DNA of 64,000 nucleotides, taken from assembly GCF_009914755.1 (NCBI RefSeq), contig NC_060939.1. One strand, 5' to 3'. Source of the DNA: the human T2T-CHM13v2.0 reference genome, Homo sapiens. The position numbers and the translations under genes are program-made. How positions within the stretch are numbered: position 1 is the first letter of the stretch; each line of letters opens with the position of its first letter. The notes under the pieces are model-generated. The model was not told where the DNA came from. It made no database searches and saw only the letters and a list, made by a program, of their open reading frames with translations. Positions 51,192 to 63,619 of this stretch are shown in pieces.

Positions 51192-52739
51192 AGAATATTC
51201 ACCAAATAAGAAAGAAGCTTTGAAATGTAATATTGATAAAGCAGAATTTTTTAAAAAAAATCCATTGGAAGGACAGATTGATAAAATTGAGATTTCCCAG
51301 AAAGAGGAGAAGAAAGATTTTTTAAAAAAGTGTAAAGGAGGGAAAAGATAAGGGAGCCAGAGTTCCCTCCAGGAAGCACAACATCTGGTTAACTGGGGTT
51401 CCAGAAAATGAGAAGAGAAAAACACAGAGGTTAGGAAACATGAAAGGAGCAATTCAAAAACTTTTCCAGAGCAAAAAACATGGATTTCCAATTTGACCCT
51501 CATCAAGACAGAGCGCACATAGTGAATTATCAGAACACAGGGAGAAAGAGAAGGTTCTAGAAGCTTCCAGAAAATAAAAATTCCCAGTAGCTTGCAAAGA
51601 ATCAAATCTCAGAGCAACTGTGATTTCTTAACACCAGCACTGTAAGCAATGACTTTAGAGAGAGGGGCTCCTTTAAAATTCTGGGGGAAAAAAGATCTCC
51701 ATTCGGAATTCTACACCCAGTCAGACTGTCAGGATTCAGGAAAGAATGAAGAAGTTTCCAGATATGCAAGGTCTCAAAAATGTACCTCCCAGGCAACTTT
51801 TCTGGAAGCTATTAGAGGGTGTGCTTCACAAAATGGGAGTGTAAACCAAGAGGAAGACGTGGGGTCCAGGGAGCAAGAGGGTCAATGCAAGAGTGGTGAC
51901 AGGAATCCCCAGGGTCATGGAGATGGAGATCCTGCATGTCTGCTGCACAGAGGATGTCAAAATAAACCAAATCAGAGCAGCACAGAGGCTCAGGGAGAGA
52001 ATTTCTTCAAGAAGGTAACATTGGTAGAGGCTTTCATGTATTATGTTGAGAGGAGTTGTACTCAACTGGGGAAAGTTGGGAACCGAATTAGTGATTTTCA
52101 AAAAGCCTCTCTCCACCCCCACTAAAAAGACAGTCATTAACTCCAGGGAAAACCGAGTTGTGAAGAAAGGAAAAGTAATCAGAGTACATTACATAGCTCA
52201 GCCAATCAAAAATGTGGGTGAGTGGGGTGGAAGCTAAATCCTCAGCTTACACAGTAAAAGTCAATAGTTAATGCCTGAAAAAGGAAAACCAAAAAGCAGC
52301 AAATAAGCCAGTTATTTAGACGTAGGGAAGTAAACACTCAAACAATCCACAAAAATTGTTGGAAGAGGTTGCTCCAGAGGAGTAGCAAATGGCCCAGGGA
52401 AGGACAGAAGACTGTGGGTTTGTGACAAAGCAACACAGTGGCCTCCCCTCCCCTCTGTGGGGCCACCCCGGGCTCCTAAACACCTGCTTTCCTGCCCTAA
52501 CCTGCAAATGTTCACTGTCCTGTGTACACCCACCCACCAGGACCCCAGCCTCCCAGCAACCCCTGCCTCCACACCTGTGGGGTTTCCAGGGAACACCTGG
52601 GCCCCTCCCCTCCCTTCTCATAAAAGGGCCAGATGCAGGGTCCCCTGGGCAGACAGGAGGCCCTCAGCTTCCTCCTCCCTGATTAGCGCCTCCTGAAGGT
52701 GGGAGTCTGCCCCCGCCAGAGGCCTCCTGAACTTTTCTT

Positions 52740-52925
52740 TCTATTTTTCATGTAACAAATATTTTTCGAGTGCCTCCTGCGTCCCAGGCACTGGGGACAA
52801 GACTACAAAAAAGACAGCCAGCCACAGCCTCTGTCCTCACATTAAGCAAATAAAGCAACAAATACACATTGTGAGGAGAGCCATGAAGGAAGAGAACCAG
52901 GTCTGTGACAGGGGAGCCCTGGTTT
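52740..52925 (-). mobile_element. L2 3' fragment
   Basis: aacaaatatttttcgagtgcctcctgcgtcccaggcactggggaca. Confidence 0.6.
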
Positions 52926-54264
52926 ACTCACAGGGACACTGGGGGGCAGGTTGGGACAGTGACAGAGACCTGCGTGCCTGGACTTGGAGGAGGGAGGAAA
53001 GGAATATATGGGGGAGAGAGGCTTATGAGTGTCCCTACCCCCACTCTGTCCCTACCTCCCGACTCTGTCTCTCTTCCCCTCCTTTGCTCCCCGCCCCTCT
53101 CAGCAGCCAAGCCCTGGGCCTGTCAGAGGACGGCAGGAGAGAAAAATTCACGACCCAGCCCTTTAATGGAAATCGATGCCCACTCACCAGGGTAATCTAC
53201 ACCCTGGATTCATCCCCCACTCAGGGCAGATGAGGCACTGCAGCCTTGCGGGGCAGCAGGGGTGTGACCACAGGTCCCCCTGCCTGGGGTTTCTCTCAGC
53301 CCACTGCAGCCCCATCACTGCAGGGCCTTCTGCCCTGTCCCCTCCATAGAACCCTGCTGTCATCCCAGCCTCCACTGCCCAGGACCCTTCAATGGCTCCC
53401 ACTGCTGTCAGGGACAATTTATGGGCCCTGGTGTGCAACCCTTACCTGAGTCTCTGGCCTCCCTGCTCCAGACCCTGGCCGCAGCCAGCACCACGCCAGG
53501 CTCAGGGCCACAGAGCCACAGAAGAGGCTATCCATGACAGGGTGGGGCCCAGGGTGGGAAGCCCCCATTGGCTGCCTAAAGGCAGCAAAGGCCTCCAGCG
53601 GAGCTGTGCCAAGGCTGAGGCTTAGATGAGCAGAAATTTGCCAGGAGCTCAAAGAGAGGAGGAAAACCCCACTCGTCCCATCCCCACCTCTGGCAGGGCC
53701 ACTTGCCTTCTCCTACCTACCCACAGTAATTAGCTTCAAGTCCTGCCAAGGTCCCCCCCCAGCCTCCCCTGTGACTGGGCCCTTTCTTGCCTCCCACTCG
53801 CACACCCTGGGACGTGCTCTGGCAGACCTGATGGCTGATGGAGTGGCCAGGGTCAGCCAGGGAGTGAGAAGGCACGTTCCCATGGGAGGAGCTATCAGGG
53901 TCTGACTCTCCCCATATCCAGCCATACCCCAGGTTGAGCTGGGCAATGTCGAAGCCAACTGGAGGCAAGGATGGAGGCAGGAGGATTGCCATGGAGAGAG
54001 GCTGGGGGAAGACTGCCAAGCACCTCAGCCCCCACCCACCCCTGGGGGACAGGATCCCCACTCGACAGTGCTGGACGGCTGTTTATCTACTCACCTCATG
54101 CCCCAACCCCACCCCATGGACAGAGGCATTCCCTGGAAAAGGAGACGGGGAGGGAGGACCTGAAAGAGCAGCCATCAGCAAGTCTCTCCCGGTGCGGGTA
54201 CCTCACAAAGACCTGCCATGTCCTACACGTGCAGCAGACGTGAGCCTGTGCAATTCTGAGACCT

Positions 54265-54370
54265 GATCTGCCCCATTTTCAGGTGAAGAAACCGAGACTC
54301 AGTGTGGTTTTGTGACTTGTCCACAGAAACACTGCAGTAAATGGTGGGCCAGGACCTGGGGCCAAATATG
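54265..54370 (-). mobile_element. MIR fragment
   Basis: ccccattttcaggtgaagaaaccgagactcag..tgacttgtcc..gtaaatggtgg. Confidence 0.75.
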
Positions 54371-54579
54371 CTGTCCTGCGGAGCTCTTCTTCCTGGGGTC
54401 CACCTGAGATGGGGGTCCCTGGGATAGAAAGACATAACTTGGGGCCTGAGTCCCAGGAAGCAAACAAGCCTTAGTGCCCTCAGCTGGAGAGGGGGACCCT
54501 GTGGTGTTCCCAGGCTCACTCCAGAGCAGCAGGCTCCGAAACCAATGCCTTCTTTCCAAGGAGAGACCATACTAAGTAC

Positions 54580-55070
54580 TAGGCACTGGGTGGGGCTCTA
54601 CTGACTGGATCTGGTTGAATCCTCACCACTGCCCAGAGGAGTGGATTGTTGCTACCACTTAAAGATGTGGCAACTGGCTGGGCGCGGTGGCTCAAGCCTG
54701 TAATCCCAGCACTTTGGGAGGCCGAGGCAGGCAGATCACCTGAGATCAGGAGTTCGAGACCAGCCTGACCAACATGGAGAAATCCCGTCTCTACTAAAAA
54801 TACAAAATTAGTCAGGCGAGGTGGTGCATGCCTGTAATTCCAGCTACTCAGGAGACTGAGGCAGGAGAATTGCTTGAACCCAGGAGGTGGAGGTTGCAGT
54901 GAGCAGAAGATCGTGCCATTGCACTCCAGCCTGGGTAACAAAGCGAGACTCTGTCTCAAAAAAAAAAAAAAAAAAAAAAGATATGGAAACTGAGGCTCTG
55001 AGATCTTAAGAAAGTCACCTAGGCCTCACTCCACGAAGAGGGGGTTTAAATCCAAGCCTAACTCCAGATC
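54580..55070 (-). mobile_element. MIR split by an Alu
   Basis: aggcactgg..aatcctcac..aaagatgtggcaact, then the Alu, then aaagatatggaaactgaggctctgaga..tttaaatccaag. Confidence 0.7.
54676..54979 (+). mobile_element. AluSp-like
   Basis: cagcctgaccaacatggagaaa and ccattgcactcc diagnostics; TSD aaagatgtggcaact / aaagatatggaaact. Confidence 0.95.
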
Positions 55071-55599
55071 CGGGGACCCTTCAGGACACAATGCATCCTC
55101 CTCACTTCAGCAGGAATCGACAGGCCCTTCCTAAGCCCTAAACTGGCCAAGGCCAGGGACACAGGAGAAGGGAACTCCCAGCCTGGCCTGGCAGGCTGCC
55201 ATCCAGGGCCGGAGAGAGCACCCAGATGCCCACCGCCTACCTGGCCTCCTGCCTAGGCCAGTCAGGGAAGTGGGCGCGGAAGCAGTGGGCTGGTCCACAT
55301 CTTCAGGACCCTGAGTAGTGACTGTGACCCTTCTCGGGGCTCAAATCACTCAGAAAGCTGAACCCCACCTCTGACACAACACCTCTCCACACACCAGCAC
55401 CTCAAAGTGAGGCAGGGTCAGAGAGAGGAGAGGTCAAACAGAGATGGGATAACAGCATCACAGACCTGGGGGAGGAGAAGTCCTTCTCGAGGGAGAGTTG
55501 AACCCGCAGCTCTTAAGGTTCCTCCCGACCTTCCCCTGGACCTCCAAGTTTGTCTGGGATTCTAAGATATCATGATCCTGGGAATTTTATATTTGCAAC

Positions 55600-55790
55600 C
55601 ACTTTTGAGCACTGACTACACATGCAATATCATTACAGCATCACATTCACACCTTTCCCAACTCCAGCAGGACATGGCATTATTAACCCATTTTCCAGAT
55701 GAGGGAACGAGACTTGCCCAAGGTCCCCAGTGATAAGGGCCAGGGCTGGGCTCTGACTCCGGCACATTGATGTGGAGCCACTGGACACTG
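55600..55790 (-). mobile_element. MIR SINE
   Basis: ttgagcactgacta..cccattttccagatgagggaac..gacttgcccaaggtc..tctgactcc. Confidence 0.75.
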
Positions 55791-56619
55791 ACCCCACAGT
55801 CTAGTGTCCCCATGCTTCACACTATCCCAGGTCAGGGCAAGAGTCTGCAATAGACTCCTCTGACCTACAAAACCAAGGGTCTGAGAGCCACTGAATCCCC
55901 AGCCCTAGGATTCTCCACAGCAAGTTCTCGGATCATGGGAAAGAAGCCTCCAACCTGGTCCCGGCCTCCAAGACCCCCACCAAGTTCCGTAGATAAGTCA
56001 GTGCTCATGGGCACACCCGAGGAGGAGGAGACTGCTGGAAGCTAGGCTAGGAGGCTGGGGTGGGGCCCAGGAAGGAATGGGACTCTGGGAACTCCAGAAG
56101 CCTTGGCCACCCCCCGCCTACATGTCGACAGGGTGTTGTGGGCAACTCCACAGGGGCAGCAACTAGGGAAGGGGCAGGCCTGGGCTCAGCTCTGCATGCC
56201 TGTGGACAGGATACCTGCTCCCCTTCCTGACTCTGGTCCTGGCAGGCCCCGAGGTCGCCTGCCCTCAATGGCCCTGAGTTTCTCCTCGTTCAGAGGTTGG
56301 GCCATCCCCCTCCAGCCTGGCTCCAAGGTCTGGTAGACTCATTGGAGGGATCACTCTCTGATTTAGAGACTGCAGGGAAGATGGGACACCCACCTCCACT
56401 GTGTACCCCACCTCTAGGCCTGCAGCAAATGCCATTCAAATAGTACCCTCCATACAGAAAGAGGAACCTTGGGCCTCCTCCCAGGCCAGTGCAGCCACAG
56501 GTGCTCCAGGGCCAAGGCTGGCCAGGGCTGGTAGACTCCACCTGGCTTATCTAACCTGAGCTTCCTCTCCCTGTCCCTGAGAATGACCTGGGTGGATGGT
56601 CTCCCACCAGGGTCAGGCA

Positions 56620-56775
56620 GTGAGATGAAGTGCTAAGAGTATGGAGTTTGGTGTCAGGCAGCCTGGGTTCCAACCTCACCCACCAACCCTTAAAATTCCA
56701 GGGCAATTTGGGGCAAGTCTTTTAACTTCCCGTAACCTCGGTTTCCTCATCCGTAAGAGGAGGGTGCAAGCACTG
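56620..56775 (+). mobile_element. MIR fragment
   Basis: taagagtatgga..tgtcaggcagcctgggttc..gggcaagt..cctcggtttcctcatccgtaa. Confidence 0.8.
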
Positions 56776-56959
56776 GCCTCCAGCATCCCCGAGTGTACAG
56801 GAGCTCAGCGTGTGAGTAGGCAGACGCTGCGGCTCAGAAGGTGGGAATTCTGACTGCTCCCTGAGCAGTCGGCCTCCCCAGGTCCTGCCAACCTGACACC
56901 TTGGCTTCCGCTGTCAACGCCCCAAATCCACAGACTTGGCTGGGGGCTGGGGTGGGGGG

Positions 56960-57270
56960 TCTATGGTTTAAAATAAAGCAGAATCTACCTCTCATTAAAA
57001 TGAAATTTGTCACCTCTATCATAAATTGTCCTTCTCAGCTGCAGAAAAAGGTCCATTAACACATTTTTTTCCTTCTCCAAATGAGGTGAGAGTGGGTAAG
57101 TTTGAAAATCCCTGTGGACAGTAATAAAGCCAGAAAAGCCCTCTTTCCCCCCACCTCCAGCTGCCTGCCCCCAGCAGCCAAAAACATCATCATAATTATC
57201 TGTCTGGGAGCAGGCTCAGGGGGCGCGCCTTAGCATGGTTCGTTAAGGCACTAATTAGCAGGAACCAGCT
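56960..57270. promoter_or_regulatory. candidate enhancer island
   Basis: TCATTAA, ATCATAAA, CCATTAA, GTAATAAA, CATAATTA, CTAATTAG, CAGCTG x2. Confidence 0.45.
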
Positions 57271-57699
57271 TCGGCTCTGGGGACTGGGAGGCCAGGGGAG
57301 TGGGCTTCAGTCTCTCCCTCCCCTCCTACCATCCGTCAAGCTACTACCCACTCAGCCTCACCTGGTCTATGGGCATCTGCTCTTGGGTGACACCTGGTCG
57401 AGAGCCAAGGCGGGTGTCCCCCATGGCAACGGAGAATAGGCTCATGGAGGGAGGAGAAGGTGGCTGTGGAAAGGCCAGAGAAGAGGCTGCCAAAATGGAG
57501 GCCCCAGAGCCCAGGTCCCTGCCATAGCCCTATCCTATAAGGCCTCAGTCTCCACATCTGAGCAATGGGAGGCCGGACCATGTGACTGCTGAAGATCCAT
57601 GGGACTCCTGGGAGGCTTTGGCATGTTGCAGCAGGCTGTGGGGGAAGAGAGTTGCCAGGAGCTCTGAGCAATTTCAATTCCAGCGTTATAACAATGTGG

Positions 57700-57875
57700 C
57701 CAGCATGAATGAACACCCACTGTGTGCCAGGCTTGAGTGAAATGACTCACTTGACCTTGACACAGCAGCCCCTGATGTTGGCAGAGTCCCGACTTTACAG
57801 ATGAGGCTGGTCGCAGTGAAGTTAGGTGACAGCTAGTAGGTGAGATTTGAACCAATGCAGGCCAAACTGTGCCTG
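57700..57875 (-). mobile_element. MIR SINE
   Basis: actgtgtgccaggc..acagcagccc..tttacagatgagg..acagctagta..gatttgaacc. Confidence 0.75.
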
Positions 57876-58054
57876 GCCTCCTGTGCCCCTCCACCACCCT
57901 GGAAGCCCATCCCTCCCAGCCCCGGAGTCCAGCCCCAGCTCCCTCTCCACACAGGAAGGCAGGCATGACTCCAGCCTGGGCACCTCTCGGCACAAGCGAC
58001 CCTGGAGACAGAAGCTGACCAAGGCCGCCCAGCACTGATACACAGGCTCGAAGG

Positions 58055-58086
58055 CACTTGCCTGGGGTCACACTTGCCTGGGGTCA
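58055..58086 (+). repeat. perfect 16-bp tandem duplication
   Basis: cacttgcctggggtca x2. Confidence 0.9.
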
Positions 58087-58968
58087 CACAGCCTGGGCCG
58101 TGAAGATTTTAAGCATATGACCTCTCTCTGACTTTGCCCAGGGCAAAGCTTCTCTTCCAAAGCCCTCAGCCTGGGGACCTTCCCAAGGAGCAGTGGCCTT
58201 CTCTGGCTGTCCTACCTACTCAGGGGTCTCTGGCCTCCCACTCTCTCCCTTAAGTCCTGAGAACATCCCCTCAGGCTCCTGCTGGTCCCCACAAACAACA
58301 TCTCTCCTCAGTCCCACACCACCAGGGCTCCAAAGGGGACACTGGGTCAGGAGTTCCTGGAAGGGAGCAGCAGTTGCAAGTCCCCACATGGGGAGCCCCT
58401 ACCCACCCACTGCCCTCCTTGGCTGCACAGCTCCTGAGGACAGGGGCTCCAGGGATGCCATGGGCATCGATGCCCTCTACAGGGAGAATAGGTGAGCGAG
58501 GCTGGAGAGCCCTATACCTCTCCCAGGTGTGGGGGCACAGCCTAGAGGGTGGTGAGTGTGCACGGAGGAAGTTAACTCAGATCCACAGGTGAGCGGGGGA
58601 ATGGGGGTCTTCATTCACATCAAACAGCTGGCACTGGCCTCGCCCAACTGCCAGATACCCACTTGGTCCCCAGCCAGACTCTGCCAACAGCCCTCAGCCC
58701 TCTGCCCACCTCTCCCAGGGCCTATCTCCCCTCAAGCACCTTCCGATCAGATTCCACCTCAGAATCGAGAAGCAGCCCCCACCAATTCCACTCCCAGCCC
58801 CCAGACACCACAAGCAGCGGGGCACCCTACAGGAGCCCTCTCCAACCCCGCCGGGAACCCCACGGGAACTCCATGGGCTGCTCTGTGGGATCACGCATGG
58901 CTGCCCACACTTAGTGCACACACACAATCCCGGGTGCCTGATCCCCAGCAGGGCATGAGCCCAGTGGC

Positions 58969-59028
58969 TCAGCCCACCCACCACACAGAACCCATCAGCC
59001 CACCCACCACACAGAGCCCATCAGCCCA
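58969..59028 (+). repeat. 26-bp minisatellite, 2.3 copies
   Basis: tcagcccacccaccacacaga(a/g)ccca x2 plus tcagccca. Confidence 0.9.
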
Positions 59029-60816
59029 TCCAGTTTGGGGCCCAGGGTGGTGATGTCAGTAATGAGAGCAGCAGTCTAACAGGGTTGATGGCCATGCAGC
59101 AGAAGGAGATGAAAAGAAGCCTCCTGACCCTGTATTGGGTCCTGACCCTGGTCATGAGGTCATCAGTGGGTGCACCTGGATTTCTATCCACGTACAGAGA
59201 AGAGTGCCCAAAAGGAGCTGGACTCGGCAACCAGCCTCAGTGCCCAGTGTTCTCCCTCCACAGCCCTGCACCTTCACAGCCTCAGTACTCCTGCATCCTG
59301 CCCCGGAGAGGCCAACAGCTCCAGCTAAATTCACACAGCAAGTCAGAACCTGGCTGGGACTAGAACCCACGTCTCACGTCGCCTGGGGCTGGGCCTCAGA
59401 GGCGATGCATGTTGAGGGTGGCAGAGCCACAGGCCTGATGCTCAGACGTGGGTCATCCTATTGCAGGGAACTGGGGATGGCAGCACCTCGGGGCTAGAGG
59501 GATAGGCCTCCAACCCGCCCCTTTCTCCACCAAGAACTCCCTCTCCAGTCTCCTTGGCCATGGCCTTCAAGCCCCCACTTGATGATAGCAAGGTCACCTC
59601 CACCCAAGGCAGCCCATCCATCTGCAGCTCTAATTGAGATTCCCCTCCCTGGACCTGGCTCTGCCCTACAGCAGTGGGTGCCCACTGCAGGCCCAAGTTT
59701 GGGGCAAGGCTTCCAGGCCCTTAGACATTCCTAGACAGCAAGTGCAGCCCCTGAGCCTACCACTACCCAGTTTGCAGGTCCCGGTCTCTCCTGCCTGCCA
59801 CCTCCTGTTACTGTCCCTGTGGGCTTAGGTGGGGCTCAGAGTGGAGCATCAACTGGCTGGGTGGCTGAAGGCCAGCTCCTCCCTCTCTCTGAAATGAGAA
59901 GACTTAAGGAAAGCCTCGGCCCCAGCAGCTCTGGTAGTGTGGGCCCACCACACCCAGCTCTTGACAGGGTCGTGCACAGCAGGCGTGACTGGGCCATCCT
60001 CTGCTTCCTATCACACTCATTGCTCCTTGTCATACAGCCTCCCATGCCTGAGCCGAGGCTCTCCAGCCCACGTCCCTCTGTCTGTGCCTCTCTAGACCCG
60101 GCCCAACATGGCTAAAGAGTTAGTTTCCTAAGTCTGAAAATTTCTCCCAGCCAGCTTGGCCTGTCTCTGAGGTTGGCCCTGGGCCATAAGCCAGAGGCTG
60201 GAGGGTCTCCCCAAACCCCACACAGCAGCGGGCACCCCACTGCCCCACACACACGCAGTTCCAGGCCTTCGTTCCTCCGTCAGCATCCCCCCCATGCCCT
60301 CATTAGCACAACCTGATGTCTCTGAGCCCCAGGCCTGGTGAGTTACAGCCCATCCATCCCTCTCAATGTCCTCGTCACCGCCTCCATGGACCCATATTAC
60401 AGCATGCACATCTGTCAGCCTGTGGCCGCCACCACCACGGCTGTTTCCAGGGAGACAGTCTCCGTTTATGACATTACCCAAAAGCCCAGCCCCTCCCTCC
60501 CCCTCCCAGCTCCTCCCCCTGCCTCCCTTTATGGGGACAGAGATTTGGGCTGTAAATATTACGTCTTCCCTGCAGATTCTAACAGGGCCTGAATACATTG
60601 CTGTTCCCGAGGTCATCACAACCACAAATGCACTGCCATAGCTGTTTGGGCACATTAAGGCATCACTCTGACTGCCCTGGCCACCCTCCCTGCCATGCCC
60701 AGGGCCCTTCCAGCACCCCCTCCACCATGGATTCCCTCCTGCCCTGCAAGCCTTAAGACAGAATCTGCTTATGGTGGAGGTGGTCTTGGGGGCAGGTCAC
60801 CTGTCCCGGGGCTTTA

Positions 60817-60908
60817 GCAGGAAGGCAGGAAGGCAGGAAAGCAGGAAGGCAGGAAGGCAGGAAGGGAGGAAGGGAGGGAGGGAGGGAGGGAGGGAGGGAG
60901 GGAGGGAG
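60817..60908 (+). repeat. compound (GCAGGAAG)n-(GGGA)9 repeat
   Basis: 8-mer units followed by nine perfect GGGA at 60872-60907. Confidence 0.9.
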
Positions 60909-61149
60909 CTGACTCTGGCAGAGCCCTCAACTTTGGGGCCGCAATATAACAGGCCCTTTGCATATCAGCCACCATGTCCTCCATGGCTGTGCAGGAGGCT
61001 GGTGTTATGAAGAAGAAAACAAGCCTCTTGTTCAGGGTCCCACACCAAGCTTGAGGCAATCTGGGATTTGAAACCAGATCTTTGGACTGCAAAGCTCCTT
61101 CTACCGCAGCCTTGGCCCTCAAGGCCAGAGGGTTAAGAGCTGACACATT

Positions 61150-61345
61150 CTAAGCATTGTACATATTTTAACTAATATAAGCCTCATTAGACCCCATGAG
61201 GTCAGCACTGCTAATACACTCATTTTATAGACACGACACTGAGGCATAGCCAAGGCCACCCAGCTTCTAGGTGGAAAAGCAGGATTCAAAGTCAGGCAGG
61301 CTAGACCCAGAGCCTGGCTCTAAAGACTTTGCTTAGAGCCACTAC
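61150..61345 (-). mobile_element. MIR SINE
   Basis: ctaagcattgtacat..ccccatgaggt..cattttataga..actgaggca..ggattcaaa. Confidence 0.7.
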
Positions 61346-61664
61346 CAGCCTGGCCAGGTGGGGTATTCCCACCATCTAGGCAAATCTCAGTCCCGTGCCA
61401 GGGCCCACCCTGCAGAGACGACCCTCATTGCTGACACAGCACTACGGGAGGAAGCTCAGGAGCTGGGCCTGCCACATGGAAGGTGCTCACCCCAGCCTTT
61501 CCCCAGCCCCAGCCTCAATTACAGGGGATAGTGAGGATCAAATATTTATGGTGCGGTCAACCAGCCAGTGGTGTGTGGTGGTATTATTGATTACTGTCGT
61601 TGTTATCATGGTGGGGGGGTCCAACCCCATCACTGTAGGCCTTCTGACTTCACACGCCACAGCA

Positions 61665-61813
61665 CAGGCGCACACACTTGCCCCTCCCATACACACACAC
61701 ACACACGCATACACATATACACACACAAATACACACACCACACACACATATGGACACACACACACAACTGGGTTTTGGCCCAGTGAAACAGATTTTGGAC
61801 ATATACACACACA

Positions 61814-61850
<37 letters not shown>
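61665..61850. repeat. (CA)n microsatellite cluster
   Basis: Several CA runs, the longest at about 61818-61849. Confidence 0.9.
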
Positions 61851-61902
61851 CTCAGAACACAGTGCGAGTGCACGCCATTCACTCTCCCTCCAGGCCTGTC
61901 AC

Positions 61903-62774
61903 TGTATTAGTGTCCTACTGTTGCTGTAACAAATCGCCACACACTTGGTGGCTTAAAAACAAAAAATTTTATAAACAGAAATTTATTCTCAGCCAGGCTC
62001 AGTGGCTCATGCCTGTAATCCTAGCACTTTGGGAGCCCGCGGCAGGAGGATTCTTAAGGTCAGGAGTTTGAGGCCAGCCTAGGAAACTTAGACCCCATCT
62101 CTCCAAAAAGTAAAACAAACTAGCCAGGTATGGTGGCACAGACCTGTGGTCCCAGCTACTCAGGAGGCTGAGGTGAGAGGATCACTTGAGCCAGCAAGGT
62201 TGAGGTTGCCATGAGCCATGATTGTGCCACTGTATTTCCTGTCTGGGCAGCAGAGCAAGACCTTGTCTCAAAAGAAAAGAGGAAGGAAGGAAGGAATGAA
62301 GGAAGGGAGGGAGGGAGGGAGTAAGGGAGTGAGGGAGGGGAGGGGAGGAAAGAAGGAAAGAAATGTATTCTTTCACAATTCTAGAGGCTAGAAGTCCAAA
62401 ATCTGTTTCACTGGGCCAAAACCAAAGTGTTGGGGGGACTGGCTCCTGCCATAGACTCCAGGGGCATATCCATTCCTGGCCTCTTCCAGCTTTTGGTGAC
62501 CACGGTCATCCCTTGGCTTGTGGCCACATCACTCCAATCTGCCTCTGTGGTCACATGGCCTTCTCCTCCCTTGCAGTCAAATCTCCCTCTGCCTCCCTCT
62601 TATATGGACACTAGTGATTGCATTCAGGGCCCACCCAGGTGATCCAGAATCATCTCCCCAGCTCAAGATACTTAACCACCACTCTGCAAAGACATTTTCC
62701 ACGTAAGGTAGATTTCACAGGTTCCAGGGTTGCGGGCCTGGATATCATTGAAAGCCACTGTTTTGCCTGCCACA
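61903..62774 (-). mobile_element. MLT1 (MLT1C-like) MaLR solo LTR split by an AluJ
   Basis: tgtattagt..gctgtaacaaat..ggtggcttaaa..agaaatttattct, the Alu, then cacaattctagaggctagaagtccaaaat..gggcccaccc..tgcctgccaca. Confidence 0.88.
61991..62358 (+). mobile_element. AluJ with tail expanded into GGAA/GGGA polypurine
   Basis: Alu dimer at 61991-62280; TSD agaaatttattct / agaaatgtattct brackets both the Alu and the purine tract. Confidence 0.92.
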
Positions 62775-62779
62775 GATAC

Positions 62780-63619
62780 CTGCTCAACACCGCATCCCAG
62801 ACAACTAACGGGCACATCAAACTTCACATGACCACAGCTGAGTGCCTCATTTCACCCCAGCTGATTTTGCTGACTTCCCCTCTCAGATCAGATAGGTTAC
62901 TCCCATCTTTCCAGCTGCCCAAGCCAAAAACTGTGGGGCCAATTCTTTCTCTCATCCTGCAGCAGATCCACCATCAGCAAAGCCTGTTTGTTGAACTTTC
63001 AAAATCTATCCAGAATCAACCACTTCTCACCACTCCACGGCCACCAGCACAGACCAAGCCACCATCTCCCTCCGGGATTATTTCAACAGCCTCCCCCTAG
63101 GGCTTCCTACTTCTGTCCTGCCTCCCACAGTGTCCTCCACATAGCAGCCAGAGGAATCCTTAAAACCCAAGTCATGGCATGTCACTCCTTTGCTAAAACC
63201 CTGCGGTGACTCCAGTCTCACTCAGAGCAAAAGCCAAAGCCCTGAGAGCGATCTCCAAGTTCTGGACCCATCTGCTCCTTGACAACAATTCCTCCCCTCT
63301 CTTACCACTCACGCCCACCGCCTTCTCCACCCATTCTGGCCTCCTCCTTCTCCCCTGGCTGCTCCTCACACAGGCCAGGCACACGCCCACCTGGATGCCC
63401 CTGTTTCCTCTGCTTTGAATGGTCTCCCCAGGCTTCCATATGGCTCCCTGACCTCAACACCCCACTTTACCTAAAAGTCTCCTTCTCAGAGAGGCACCCC
63501 CACTGCTGACATTTCCTTTCCCCACTTCTCCTTGTATTTGTTTCTCCTTGACATGATCACTACCTAACACAGTACATATTTTGCTTATTTATCTTGTTTA
63601 ATATCTCTCTCCCCCACTA
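62780..63619 (+). mobile_element. L2 LINE 3' portion
   Basis: ccaagccaaaa, caaaatctatccagaatc..cacttctcaccac, cagcctcc, agcagccagaggaatc, tcactcagagcaaaagccaaa. Confidence 0.85.

Larger units (their letters stand above)
50430..52435 (+). mobile_element. HAL1-like (ORF1-only L1 relative) relic interrupted by an Alu monomer and a THE1 LTR
   Basis: ORF1p motifs RKHNIWLTGVPE (about 51371) and SFKILGEK..ILHPVRLS (about 51669), then HAL1-like ggaagctattagagggtgtgct..gtaaaccaaga; no ORF2 follows. Confidence 0.7.

Noticed and set aside
57210-57228. AGGGGGCGC as a CTCF site
   Set aside because: The 5' half (ggctc) does not match the CCASY core.
58055-59028. Short direct repeats as CRISPR-like arrays
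   Set aside because: They are contiguous tandem copies with no spacers and no cas genes.
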